A DNA stretch of 64,000 bases from Lingula anatina (GCA_051362555.1 CM120640.1:8184001-8248000); one strand, 5' to 3'; positions 49,501 through 63,179 are shown, counted from the first letter of the stretch. Notes: generated from the letters alone by a model not told the origin. Numbers and translations are program-made.

Positions 49501-52500
49501 TATATATAGCTTGCAAAGTCACTGGATGATTCAAGAGCTCTTTTTGGGAAAGCTTGAAGTTGCACATTAGAGTCATTTTCAAATACCAATTTCATGGAGA
49601 TTTATGATTGATATGATCTTAAATAACACTTTCTATGTAATGAGTAAACCTAGTATGGAGTTAACAGGTACGAAAAACGAATCATACATTTTTCCTTGGC
49701 GATTTTGACCATTTTGGTTGAATATTCTTGGTAATAATTCATAACTGTCTTTTCTTATATTACTAGCAAAGCTTTGCCCATTGTACCATCAAGCTGTCAT
49801 TTGGACAGCCACTGGCATTACTGGACGGCCTATGCTTTCAAAGATGGCTGGATGGCTTATAAATTTTTTGAAAAAAGACCGCTCGACTTGGTGGCTGTGG
49901 ACATAGTACAAAATTCTCTTTGAGTAATTTGATGTACCCAGCGTGTATGATATGTCCAATTGAATAATACTACTACTTTGTAGTGCACACTTTTTTCAGT
50001 CATGAGGAAACTATTACTAGTACCTAAAGCTTACAAAATACAATATAATACAATTACTAAGGGAGTTTGTTCACCGAAGAGCATTAGCGGGAGATTATCG
50101 ATTATTTAAACCCCCCCTCGATTTTTTTTTTATTTTATCCCCCTCCCCTCCCCTGCTGACAGCACTTGGAAAAGTTGGAACCCCTGAAATTTTGAAAGAA
50201 ATTACAGATGGCAATTTTAGACCCCAATCCTCGAACCTGTCTTGTCATATATTTCCAGTAATTTTAATTTGAAAAATGTACGTTTACTGTTATGAAGTCA
50301 TTAAAATGCCTTCATAACGGTAAACGTACATTTTTCAAGGTCACATTGTATCTTTCATTGATAATTTATTAATGAAAACATTTACAATTTTTTACGATTT
50401 TTTTTAATCAGGAAAATATTTTTTTAAGAAAAAATAGTAAATAAAACAACTTTCCCTCAGGGAAAGTAAGTTTTTTTTTAACATTTTGACCCTGGTATGA
50501 GTATTATATACTTATTCTAGTGTACTAATTCAATTCCAGAGATGAGTTGTCAATTCTTCAGGCTTTAAACTCTACAGTTGAAATAGTAAGTATTCATAAA
50601 TCCATTCTTTAAGAAACAAATAAGCCAATATCAGATTTTTTGTATGTTTTTTTTTAAATTGCCTATAATTATGAAATGGATGCACAATATAATAAGTTCA
50701 TATCAAACTGTGTAAGTATATTTACATATTTCTAGGATTGGACAGCACCAAGGTATGATTTGATAGACCACCCAAAGGCTGCCCCTTTCCATCCAGTACC
50801 TGTGGTTAGTATTTTACGTTTTTTTTAAATAATTTCTTCACAGTAAAAATAGATACAAGTGTGGAGAAAATCCTTGATACAATTTGGCTACTAGTAACTG
50901 TTTTATCCGGTTACAAAAATAATTTGCTTATTAATCGTGTAATGTTTGGTAATTATAATAGTTAAAATTGTCTTTTTGTTTTATTTGAATAGAAAAAGAA
51001 TGAACTCAGTAAGGCGGCAGGGAAAGCTGCTGCCAGATGGTTTCTTAGTAACAATAAAAATGTCATGAGGTTTAATGCAGCTGAACCACCAATAAAGGTA
51101 TGTAAATATAGAAAACTACATACTGCTTAATTAAAAAATATGTTTGTGTTGATAGTATTTTTGCTTAATAAGTTTGACCATTTCATTTTTTAGGATTAAA
51201 AATGTGATCTTTAAAGAAGCAATAGCCTGTACGGCTATAACGGGCATGTTTATTTAGATATGGCAATTAAAGAAAATATTTTAATGTTTTTATCTTTAAG
51301 GAGTTTCATTACAAAAGCTTTGAGCCCGGTTTTATTGGTGTTGCGTTGAGGCAGCTGAAGCAGCCTGAGAATTATGGAAAAGTGAAACATATCATTGCAA
51401 ATACAAAAAATAAATCTGGCAATCCATTGATACACCCAGACAGATTTGAAGAAGAAATCAAGGGCTTCATTGAACATAGACAGTATAAAAATGCATTTAC
51501 AATGTTCAAAATATATCAGTATTGCGGTGAGTGAATTGCCTGAATTTCCTTATTTCAGTAATAATGCAGTATTATTAATGATATTTATTATTTTTGTTTT
51601 GCATACTTTTTGTCCGCAGATGGAATAAAGATACCAATGCTCATCTGTCAAAATGTGTCTACATTGTGCCATTATAAAGGGTGTCAAATAAAGCATTTTT
51701 ATTCAGTTTACCATGGGACCAAAAAAATTAATTTGATATACAGTTTCGTGTCACTCCTATGAGAAGTGTTTTGAATTGACTTTAGCTGTAGCAAGTGCTG
51801 AAGACCAACCAGAAGGGTTTCGGCCCATTTCACAAGAATGTTTCAATCGTTTGTTGGATGCGATGGCACTGCACGCAGGCCACGACCCATTGAGAGTGCC
51901 CAAGGATCCATCAGAAATATTCTATGGATTCAGGGGCGTTTCACCATTTTATGATGGAAAAAAGTGGAAGTTAGTATTGCTTCATAATAAATGTTTTAAT
52001 TATTCTGTACTTGTAAATTGAACAGTTCTAAATAAATGCCTTCTTATGGAGGAGGTTGATTAAATAAATAAGATTAACTGTGCTATTTTAAAGCTATGAG
52101 ATGTAGAGAATTAACTTGAGAATTTTATGATTAAATAAAATGCATCATAAAGTTATTAGGTCTTCTATGAAAATCAGCATAATATGCATCTTTTGGGGAT
52201 TTTGAAGCTATTTGAATTATTATTTTGACATTTTTGCAGACAAACAAATGCTGCCCACTTCGTGTTTGAGAATATGCCAGAGAAAAATGCTTGGGCTTAC
52301 AACAGTATGCTTATGGGAATGTTGACTGTAAGGAGCATTTAGAATACATTTAAAAGGGCTAAGTTTATTAAATGTCTCTGTAAAGCATGTTGTTACTACT
52401 ACCTTTTTGCTAAAAACTTTTAATTGCTGGTAAGCTTTGAAACCCCTATTGTTTGATGGAGAGAATTTTGCTTAGTAGAAATCATAATTATTTATGGGTC

Positions 52501-55500
52501 TCTTATGGTGCAAGAGGCCATTAGTACTTATTCTGCAGATACCGAAAAATGTTGCAAAGTGTATAAATTAAAAACTTAATGCAAAAATCTTCTTGTTGTG
52601 CACCAGATTACCTGCAAGGGTCCAAAGTGTAAATTAATTAAATATTTATTTCTTTAATAAATAATTTGTTTAAAAATTAATGCAAAGATAAAACATGAAT
52701 TAAAATGAATTCTGTTTAAAATATATTTTTTAGCATAAAGCCTATGATGAAGCACAAACGTGGGTCACGGCCATGAGAGACAAAAATATTCCAGGTAGGT
52801 AGTACATTTTTTATGGACAGACAAATATCTGGAAGTACGTATCACCATCACCTGTCTTTGTCACTGCCAATGATATTGCAGTGTACTTTCATGAAACTTT
52901 ACTTGTTCGCAAAATTAAAGACCTGAAGCCTTGTTGTAGTTATGTTTCCTGAATTCCACAATAATAAAGTTTATAATTAAAATTGGTTTGATCATGCTGT
53001 TAAGCATTTTTTACTGTATTGAAACATTTTGTGCACTGCCATTGTAAAAGGGAAGTGGCGCTTTAAAAATGATTGATTGAAAACAAGTTTTGTTGAATTT
53101 ATTTTTGTGTAAGTTGAGATTTTGAGTTTTTTCAAAAATTGACATATACTAGGTGTGAGTTAAAACTCCCGTATCCTAGGTATGTTGTCTGAATGTCCAC
53201 AGTAGTATGAAAATTGAAAAAAGACAATATGTATGTTTGATTTATTGATTAATTGTACCACCAGGGTAGGCACTGGTGGTACACATGGTTTTAGTCCCGA
53301 CCCGTCTCATCCACCCTATCCACTGGCATGTATCCGTTACCGCTTCTCCTCCTATACGACAAGAGCCTGCGTACCCATCTCTTGCATTTACGTCACAATT
53401 AATCTCATCTCGATGCACGTAAATTTTTGGTTTTGTTGGCGCACAGGTCTAGGTGTGGCACTCGTAATGCACCCTTGTTCAAAATTTGCAAAATTAAATG
53501 CTAAGCATGTATCAAACCGAAAGAATTATGGGAAAATATTATTAGATGGCTCACCGAAAGTCATGTGTAGATTTCAAACATGACCTTGGATTTGACCATT
53601 GACCTGTATATCTAGGTCAAACAGGCCAAAATTTTCTAAAAATGGATATTTTGAGTTCTCACTCAACTATTGAGGAATCAACACGTCGTTGTCTGAACCC
53701 GCTAGCTCACAACAGTTACCACAGGCCACGCAGGTGACTGTCCTCACCACCTCTACTGTGCCGCTATCTGTAAGCACTGCAGCCACGAAAGCGAGATACT
53801 TTTGTAAAAGTATGGATATCGTCACAAGCGAAACACTTGTGCAAACATTTCACACTGTGATTTGCCAAGCAGACACACATACAAAGGCGAGACACCTTTG
53901 CGGAGAAAGTCCTACAACACCAGGACTAACACTCCATCCTGTGATAACCAGAGCGTTAAACACAGTACTGACCACCCCTCTCTCTAACCCCCCCTTTTTT
54001 AGGACTCTGCAGCTGATGAAGGTCACTTGTTGACCTAAAAGCGCATTCTGCAACCAGTCCAACCCCCCCTTTCGTTTCCCCCATCGCACTGTGCGTATCT
54101 TGTCCAATCAGCCCTTCAGGTCAAACACATACAGAGGCGAGACACCTCTCTCACATCGTACTGAAGTGAAACAACAGCCGATAATATTGAATACGTCAAT
54201 AAATAGTAATCTTATAATTTCGAATCAGAATTATAAGACAGACACGTTCTATCACCGTTTTCATCTCTTCACAAACACGTGATAACGCATTAAAAGGAAC
54301 TTTTATACTTCAATCTAAACTCTAACGTCCCAAAAGCAATCTCAAAGCTTTTAACCAGGGGCGCTGTCAAAACACACGTCCCCAGGGGCCCAGTCCTGGA
54401 TCGTGTTATTTTGATAAGAGTTAGTTTAACTAAGACATGAGCCGGCCACTCCCAAACAATTTTTATTTGTGCCGATTTGCAAAAACTTCTCGGACCTAAC
54501 CAAATATATTTTGGACAGGGGGTTACACTAAGGGTCAACTTTCATCTTTGTGATTTTGGGGTCAATCAGTGCATTTTTACAAGAGAAGCAGCCATAAGAT
54601 GCCAAAACTGAAACTCTCTTAAGTTCTGGAACTGTAAATGCTAGAGACCTCTTGTTCTTTGCATTTAATAGAGCTTGTCAAGCACAAAACTGAATGTGGC
54701 GGCTGTTTTTTTTTTCTGTATGGTTTACGAGTTGCACTATATCAAAGAGTAAAACATTGCAATATTCAGTGGTGAAAATAAAATGTGAAATAACTCCAAG
54801 ATTGGCATAGATACACCCATAGTTACTATTGAACTTGAATATGGTGTCATGTACTGGCAATCTAACTGTGACCTTGAAATTGACTTTTGACCTTTTTTTC
54901 ACCATGAACCGAAGTTTGTAACTTTTCTGCCCCTTATGTCTCCAAAACTGGCAGAGATACACCTGTAGTTACTATAGAAGTTGAATAGGAAGTCATGTAC
55001 TGGCAATCTAACTGTGATCTTAAATTTGACCTTTTACCTATTTTTCACCAAGAACTGAAGTTTGCAAATTTTCCATCCCTTATATCTCCAAAACTGGTAG
55101 AGATAAGCTCATAGATACTACTGCACTTGAATAGAAAATCATATATTGAGACTTTGACCCCATTTCCAGAGATTAGATCGATCTACTTTAGATCGACCTA
55201 ACTCCCTGGGGGTTCACGCTAAATAGCTGTCAACCGGGCGAACACGAAAGTTAATTACCCCCTTACAGCTTGTAGTAGGCGGGACGGACATTTAAGCCGG
55301 GTTATCTGACAGTAATCTAGTGAGACTCCCCGTGGGGATAGATCAATCTAAAAGCTCTGGGAATATAGCCTTTGATTTTGACCTTTGACTTACTTTTCGC
55401 CATGAACTGCACTTCACATATTTGGATTTGACCTTTTACTTTTCCCCATGATTTTGTTATAAATTGTAATTTTCAACAAAGAAAATGGAGCACTCTCATT

Positions 55501-58500
55501 TACTGCATTTTGTAGAGCTAGTCATGCATAACACTAGAGGTGGTGTCCCTTTTTATTTTCCATACAAATGTGCTTATTCCAGCTGGTGGTACATACCTCT
55601 GATCCTCTATTTGATTTGTGGTCTGTGACCACAACCTTCAAACCTTAAAGTATCATCAGCCTGCTTCAAAGATCTCAGTGATTATATTTTCTTTTATTAT
55701 GTTACTTGAACTGATTTTTTAATTTTTTTTAGTGGAGCTGGAGTGCTACAATGGATTGATTGATTGCATACAAGAAAAGAGTGATTTGGCATGGGAGATG
55801 GTCAAGGTAAAGCTATAATATTAAGGGGTAAACTAATACCTAGTAGACATGAAATGGCTCAGACAAGTTCTGAAAATTTGTGTTATTCTGTTTGCCATTG
55901 ACGACTGTGGGCGACTTTGCTTAAAATGGTATCAGTTCCTAATTATTTCCAGTTATTCCCTTTACTAAATAATGGGTAAAGTGGCATCCATTGTGCATGA
56001 TATTTCCTGACCATGTTATTGCCTAGGTATTCTATAAAACAGGTTTACACTTGCCATAAAATGTTGATCATCTGAGCTCTGAACTTTTATTTATGGTATA
56101 CTTATGGTGATAAGTCAACCTAGTAGTCTGCTGACAGACTCCAATTGTTTCATAATTCAGATGTTTTGTTAAAAGTGGTCTCAGGAAAGTGTGCTTGCCT
56201 GTCAGTTTTATTTCCTTACTACCACATTAAAAAGGACACTGGACGCCACTGCATCTTCTTAGGTCTTAAATATACTTCATTTGATATTTTTGATATGTTG
56301 CAAAGCATCAACCATCCTTTGCAAAGCCATTTTAGGCCACCATTACCATACCATTACCACACAACAAATTTACTCCATGTTGTATCATACTTGGACCCCA
56401 GCATTAAGTGCTGCTACATCAACTAGAAGTTCATTTATAAAAATGTTGAATGGTAAGGATGACAATACATGTTCTTGTTTTTGTCTACATCTCACTGAAA
56501 ACCAGTTGATTGTCTTCCTATGATACTAGATTCCTACTATGATAGATAATAGATAAATTTGTTGACCAGACAGGGATTGCCACTGGGATAAGGAGTGCTG
56601 GAAATTATTGTAGTGCTCTGGGTACTAAAAGAGTGAAACTCTCCTCATCTGTGGCTAACTTAGGTTGAATAATGTACACTCATAAACTTTAAATCATTCA
56701 CTTCTTCCATTTGTGCCTGTAGTGATAACTTCACAAACTTTGATGTTGTTTAGATCTTCTGTAAAAGGGTTTAGTGTAACATTTGTTGCAAGTAGCTCAG
56801 CTAAGATAAGAAAGAATAAGCTAAGGTAAACATGTCTTGTCAGTAATGAATTCTTTTTAAAAATTAGCATTTAAAAAGTCGTCTTAATTTCTTTCAGAAA
56901 CTCCTGCAGGAGATGGCAAAAGCAGATGTACGACCAAACCTTATCACTTTCAACAATGCCCTGAGGGTATTAGTTCATTCAAAAGACAAATTGGTAATAC
57001 AGCACATTGACGAACTCCTTGGAGAAATGAAAGCCATGGATATAGGTGATGCCCAATGTTTGTGGAAGGATTATTTTATTTTCATCATCTTTAACCTCTT
57101 TCTGTCAATAAAAGGCTATATGCTGCTACTTTACTAATATTTGCTTCAAAAATGTATCAGTATAATGATCCATATAATGTTAGGGAAGGGTGGAATTGTC
57201 AAATTTAGGAATAACAACCAGTGAAAAAGAGTTCAATTTTGAGGGAGTTTCAGGGATATCATTGTGGATAACATTAAAGACTAATGGTGACTTTTTTTTT
57301 AATTATTTACTAGAACCAAGCCTTGCTACATGGGATGCATGTCTAGTGCATGTATACCTGAAAAAAGGTAGGTGATAGTTTGATGTATTCAGTATAGAAT
57401 GGTGGTTAAATGGTGTAAAAGCATTAATGTTAACTATTCTTACAAAACTCAGAAGTCTCCCATGTTGCCATATTCCATCTACTTCACATATTTTATTTTG
57501 TTTCTATACAAATGAGGTTATAGAAGACTTTTATGTGAGAGCGCACGCGCACTAGTGCATATCTTCAATTTCTGTTTTTGTCGTGCACCAATGGCTGCCA
57601 AAAGAATCATAGACGTCCCATATAAATACTAGACAGATGAATCACCAAGTGTTGATAATACTGGTTTAGCATGCTCTGCAGCTCCTAGAGGAATAGAGAA
57701 CAGGCTAGTAATAGATGTTTATCAAGAGGCAATAGAGGTACAAGAGATGGCATTGATAGAAGATATATTAATTATAGTTCTATAATTATACATCAGAAAC
57801 AATAAGTTGCAAAAAAATTGCCAAGCAGCATAGCACTACTTAACCCACTAGATGTAAACATATTATTGGAATTGAAGTTTCTAGATCACCATGTTGAGGC
57901 ATCATCGTTGAAATGCACAATGAAGAAGGATAGTTTGTTCACACATTGTGTACAAGGCCTAAAAAGATGTCACAAAAAGGGATGATATTGGGTTATATTT
58001 ATGGTATTTATTCAGTTTTTTTTTTTTTCATAATTTTGGTGACATTTGCCCCATAACTTCCAAACTGTATTTTTGCTTTACTATAAATGTACTGAATGGC
58101 TTTTTTTAGTGAAGAGGCAGGTTGCTTTAGAAAATGGCACAATAGGATATAGTAATTTAACTGAATCATTTGCTATTTTTCAATGTCCATGTTACCTGTA
58201 GTACATAATGTAAGAGGGTAAGAGTAATTATGCTGTTTTAAACTATTATGTAACAGTGCATCAAAATTGGCCAAAACATTATTCTGTGCACTTTTATTCT
58301 GCATGATGCCTGTATATTCGCTAGCTTTGCTGTCTTGTTGAAAGTTAGTGTCCCTGGGATCCTTCTGCTTAGATAGTTATCTTTTCTTTTGGACCAGTCA
58401 TAGGGACAGAACGATCATGCTTTGTTGTTGATTTGAGAATGAGGTAGTGCAGTAATTATGCAATTCACAACTTCTGCACAGTTCATGTATTCTATATATT

Positions 58501-61038
58501 ATAGTATAAATTCATCTGTGTAATATGCTGCCTACGGTAATTCTCCAATCTATACGAACGCCGCAATAATTACGAACGAAACGTTTTTTCTCTTGTCTCC
58601 GTTCTGTACGAACGATCGCTAAACTCACCTTGGGCACAATTTAAATTTTCCGAACGCAAGAAAGTGTGCCCAATTGAAACTCGCCCCATGATTCGTTAAA
58701 GCGAGTTTTCAGACCACCGTTCCAAACAAAGGAACTGCCACTTGACAGGAGAGATTGTTATCATGTATTTGTGCTGTTTTTGAATGAGACGATAGAAGGA
58801 CTCAACCTGCCCGCCGGCAGCTGCAGGCCAGTTTTAAAACCCTATTGTTATTTAGAAATTATTGAAAGCATCAGTACACATAAATTACTGTTTATTATCA
58901 TTTCTTAACTTCTGCCGGCCGACTGGATCATCAACATCCACCATCGGTGTTTCACCGATAACTGGTTTCCAGTAAAATCTATAAACGTGAAACCCACACA
59001 CAACAGAAAAGTATGAGAAATCCATAGTCAATGATCGAGTTTTTCATTTGTTTTTGGGAGTCATTAGGAAATAAAATTTTTAAGAGGAGTTCTGTCTTGT
59101 ATTTATTTTTCTCATTTGAGTTGTGATAAAGTTCATGCTTTTTGTTTGTTTGTTTGTTTGTTTTTCCTTGTTAAAGACCTTGTCTCATGAACAACCATTA
59201 GGTAAACCTTACTTACCGGTATATTGGTGATTGTGAAAAATAAAGGTGCCGTATGACTTTATACAAATTTGCCTGCAGTTTTCTGTATTTTTTCTAACTA
59301 AGTTTACATTGATTGCGTGCAAATTAATATTCTGTAAAAGACTTTCATAAATAGACGTGAATTGAGCTGATGTTATTTTTTTATATCAAGTATAATCTCT
59401 ATTAACGTAAGTGATATCTACTGTGAGGAGTTTCAAGTATTTTGTTTTGGCGGAAGAAATTTATGTAGGCCTAATTGGGGGGGGGGGGGGGGGACATTAT
59501 CAATATTGCAAATTTTCTATATGTGAAATCATATTAAAAGTAAACAAGCAATGAATAAAATATGAAACTGGTTACGCAAATATTCTTGTCTGTTTTTGAC
59601 AGAAGTTGGGAAAAACGATGTTGTCCTGTCTTGGTAAAACATAACAGGGAAAAACGATGTTGTCTTGTCTTGGGAGAAATGTAACTCTTTAGTATGAAGA
59701 AATTGTTTCTTAACTTGAATTCCCGACTTTTGTTTAGTTTGTTTTAATTCACTGCAATATCGCAAAAATAATTTGTTTGTGCTAAAAGCTGATCACAGTG
59801 ATTTAATCTGAAAGTAATGCTTACACTTAGCAATGTTAGTTAAGTGGAAATAACTTCCGGTACAGCCGTATTCCATTCGTATTTCAATGGATACGAACGC
59901 GTGGCAATTTTTAGCAGACTGAATTTCAAGCCTTACGAACAAAATGATTATCTTCCAAAAATAATTAATTTAAATCGTTCGTATAGATTGGAGACTTACC
60001 GTATTTACTTTTTACACTAATGTAACTTTGTTATTTATTTGTGTCACTATGTGGAAAGTTGTGTTGGTCTGATGATTGTTCCTTATTTGTTAAGGTGTAG
60101 GCTATATGAATAAAGAAAACTGAATCTGTATATAGCAGCGCACACTTGTCTTGATTTCAGAATACGTGATCATGTAACAAAACAGTTAGATACTGTGTTT
60201 AGGTCACCTTATGGAGATATTTTCAGCTAGGCTTATCGTCATGGGACTTGAGCCTCTGTCAATTGTCCCATTGTCGGGTTGAATATCAAGGTTACCTCAT
60301 TCTATTATATGAACTGCCACCATAAGCAGTATAAAGGAAAATAGTTATAATTATAATAATGCCCAAACTTGAAAAAAGTGAATCTTGGGACTAAGATACA
60401 GCTTGAGTTGGAAAACCATCCTTGTTATATTCTTTTTCCTTAAGCCACACAATTTTTTTTGTAAAATGTTCATATTTCACATATTGGGATTTTCATTGTT
60501 TGCATTTGAACTCACATTGGCCTGAAGCCGTATGCTGACTAACATATTCTTACTGTTCATGTTACCTGTTGTGCATAATTTAAAATTGGTATTGCTTATG
60601 CTGTTAACGGTTATGTAATAGTGTATCATTATTGTACCACCAGCATAGGCGCTGGGGGTACACATGGTTTTAGTCCCGACCCTTGACCTTTGACCTACCT
60701 TACGATGAACTGAACTTTGATTGTACCATTTTAGTTATATATATTTTTTTGCATATTTTGAGAATTCTTGTTGATTGCATTTTTTACAGCTTGTCAAGCA
60801 CAAGACTGGTGGTGGTGTCCCTTTTTTGTGGGGGGGGAGCTATATGATCGCGCTTACTCCGGCTGGTGGTACAATAATCGGAGGCGGTATCACCTCTCTG
60901 ATCCTCTAGTTTTAGTTTTTTATTTGTATGTTTGATTGCTTTGCTGCCTTTTAGGTTCTAAAGACATAGGTTACCTGAAGAAAATTTTTGACTCTTACAT
61001 AAAAGGAAGGCAATTTTTAATCAGGGATCCAGAGGATT
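46527..61038 (+). CDS. PTCD3: PTCD3/mS39-like mitochondrial pentatricopeptide-repeat protein, 5' part; join(46527..46594,48433..48557,48904..48940,50540..50585,50736..50804,50993..51097,51301..51526,51786..51969,52240..52327,52734..52794,55733..55806,56898..57045,57314..57367,60955..61038), 3' incomplete
   Basis: Fourteen exons join in frame (456 codons) with GT-AG sites. The Arg/Leu/Ser-rich N-terminus looks like a mitochondrial targeting peptide. Recognisable blocks: RDELSILQALNSTV, DWTAPRY, SKAAGKAAARWF, AEPPI, VFENMPEKNAWAYNSMLMGM, MAKADVRPNLITFN, LGEMKAMDIEPSLATW, GRQFLIRDPED, collinear with PTCD3 as recalled. The exon 8 acceptor could alternatively be 6 nt downstream. Confidence 0.9.
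46946..47735. mobile_element. Foldback-type non-autonomous DNA element with ~247-bp imperfect inverted arms, in PTCD3 intron 1
   Basis: 46946-47192 is the reverse complement, with scattered mismatches, of 47490-47735 (CCGGTGTGGCGTGTACCGCTCGGA... / ...TCCGAGCGGTACACGCCATACCGG). No TSD recognised. Confidence 0.85.
49003..49067. repeat. Two tandem copies of a ~30-bp unit
   Basis: AAAACATGCCAATAGAATTTA(G/AG)...GGTGGTT occurs twice. Confidence 0.8.
50269..50338. repeat. 70-bp near-perfect palindrome in PTCD3 intron 3
   Basis: 34-bp arms TTGAAAAATGTACGTTTAC(T/C)GTTATGAAG(T/G)CATT with 2 mismatches and a 2-nt spacer. Confidence 0.9.
53250..55610 (+). mobile_element. Long Helentron-type HINE with internal ~146-bp tandem repeats and nested insertions, in PTCD3 intron 10
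   Basis: 5' TGTACCACCAG...CTGGTGGTACA palindrome; 3' subterminal CTGGTGGTACA (55583-55593); end TGATCCTCTAT. Repeat unit phase marks at 54810, 54956 and 55102; many TGACCTT motifs. Confidence 0.75.
55161..55366. mobile_element. Palindromic MITE nested in the HINE
   Basis: CATTTCCAGAGATTAGATCGATCTA and TAGATCAATCTAAAAGCTCTGGGAATAT are imperfect TIRs, and inner segments are also inverted. Confidence 0.6.
58535..60001. mobile_element. 1.47-kb non-autonomous Tc1/mariner-pogo-like DNA transposon, in PTCD3 intron 13
   Basis: 26-bp TIRs CGGTAA(T/G)TCTCCAATCTATACGAACG with one mismatch, flanked by TA on both sides. No intact transposase ORF seen. Confidence 0.85.
60629..60910 (+). mobile_element. 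Short, internally deleted copy of the same HINE family as 53250-55610
   Basis: Shares TGTACCACCAG...GTACACATGGTTTTAGTCCCGACCC at the 5' end, and GGTGGTGTCCCTTTTT...GCTGGTGGTACA, a stem-loop and a TGATCCTCTAGT terminus at the 3' end. Confidence 0.8.
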
Positions 61039-62531
61039 GTAAGTACTTTTTCTCTGCTAAGCTTGCTTGTCAAGAAAATGAGAATAGAATGAATTTAATA
61101 AATGACCAAAAGTGTGAAGAACAGTGAAATAACTAAGAATAAATTGAAATTCCCAAACAATTTTCGCCATTCATACCATTTATTCCAATTTTTTTCTTAT
61201 ATGTATAATTTTGATTGACTGGACCAGGTGTAAAATGTTGCGGTTTTCGCAGTTGAATAGAAATTATTTCCATATTTAAAATGTTTAAAAACAGCTTATG
61301 AACATTTATTTCTATCTTCATATTTTTTTCAGTCCAATTTTTTACTACTGCAATGAATTCTGTAAGTAATGTAAACCACTTGTAAATGTATATCTGCACA
61401 TCTAAGATACTGGGTAACAACTGGGTTATCATCTTTGAAAGTCTGTCAAAATATTCCTATGTGTTGGATTACATTGGGGGTGCTTTCATGTGAAAGGGGA
61501 TGGATTTGTCTTATTATAACAAACAATTGTGTGTTTCCAAACATTGCAGTGTATTTAAACTTTTTAATTCTTAGCAGTAAATGACACTAAAACAGCTCTT
61601 AAACCTGGGACACAGACATTCCAGTCTGATTTGCAGCTGGACATTATGGAAAAGAAAAGCTCTCAGAATTGTGTTGTCTTGTTTTTTGGTCATCTCAGGG
61701 ATAATTTGTTGCACACACACTAGAGAAAAACAAAAATTGCTCTTCATCGCAACTTATGATACACAAGGAAAACGGTTTGTTGTTTATTATTGTGAAAATA
61801 GTTTCATTGGATCTTAGTTTTTGATAGTCAGAAAGGTTTCATTTATGCTAGATCCTGAAATTTGATTTACCTGTTGACTGTTTCGTCTGTTCACTCTGAC
61901 AGACTTGGTCACAGTTGTCACTTTCATGTCAACTCTATTTATCCACCCATTCAGTCTGCATCGTGCTTTCCCAACTCAGTGAAGTTAAGTGTATTCTTTC
62001 TTGATAATCTTTGAATGTGTTTAATATTACATTTTCCAAAATTTATGAATATAAATCAAAATACGATGCATATTCTAAGCAGAAAGGGTGCTCACAAGAT
62101 CAATGCCATGTTGCCCATGTCCCAATTTTGTTACCCAGTATGGACATGCAGATAAGTTAATTTCTAATCCAAATGTTTTCCTCCAATAAACTAAATGAAA
62201 TGTCGGCATTGCATGAGGACATATGAGGCAATGAAACATCCACGAAAAGTTGGGACTCCCCTTTTATCAGTAAAGTTGACTCTTTTCTTTAAAAGCAGAA
62301 CAAAAGCAGCACCCCAAACATGGTTAATATATCTTAACTGTTTTGCAATAGACTATCACAGACTTTAAAGGAAAATTACCAGAAAAAATATCTGTGAATG
62401 AATTTTGTCAGTTTTGAGTCATTGTTGCACTGCACATGCTAGTGTCCCATTATTTGTGACCCGAATTTCCTCAAATTCTAGTGAAATCCTGCTTGATATA
62501 ATGCTATGTTGTGAAACTTTGAGCTGTCTTG

Positions 62532-62664
62532 GGGTGCTTTCAGAACAGATGCTCCACAGACTTACTGATCCACGGACTAAATATGGCCAACCCCACTAAA
62601 AAGCAAGCCACCTAATCCCCTGATGGTTTCCCAGCCTCTTGGATCATCTGTTCTGAAAGCAGCC
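62532..62664. mobile_element. 133-bp MITE, possibly PIF/Harbinger-like
   Basis: GGGTGCTTTCAGAACAGATGCTCCA and TGGATCATCTGTTCTGAAAGCAGCC are inverted repeats; TTG flanks both ends. Confidence 0.7.
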
Positions 62665-63179
62665 TTGGTTTGATTTCCATTTTATATTTGAAAAGCCTTT
62701 CCATTAATTTACCCGTATTTCAACTAAACTAACACTTACCTATACCTGAATCTGTAAAGTAATGTTTGTATATATGGACGTTTTGCTGTCTAGTCATGTT
62801 TTATTTATTTATTTATTCATTAATTTATTTATTAATTTTATTTTTAGGCATATTTGAGCAATTCTTTGGCCCTTGCCAATGAGATTAATGAAACTGTTGA
62901 AATTGGCAAGAATCACTATCTGCTTGGGAATCAAAAGAATACAATAAAGTATTAGTAAGTTTGCAGTCATATGACACTTTATGCAAAAAAAAAAAAAAAA
63001 AAAAGAAAGAAAAAAAAAGAAAAGCAACTTCAAGGATAAAGAAACATATTAGAACATCTTGTGCTGTTGTTTCATGAAGGCATAAAGAAAAGTGTACTTT
63101 TTTACATGGGTAAATGATTCAATGCAAATTGGTATTTGTACAAATATTTTTATGTACAGACACAGATGTGTTTGTACAT

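Noticed and set aside
51620-51680. Possible extra PTCD3 exon after CCGCAG
   Set aside because: No phase-compatible donor, and the flanking exons join without it.
61550-61820. Candidate next PTCD3 exon
   Set aside because: No convincing match to the expected following PPR segment, and the CAG acceptor at ~61549 reads into a stop; the remaining exons probably lie beyond the window.
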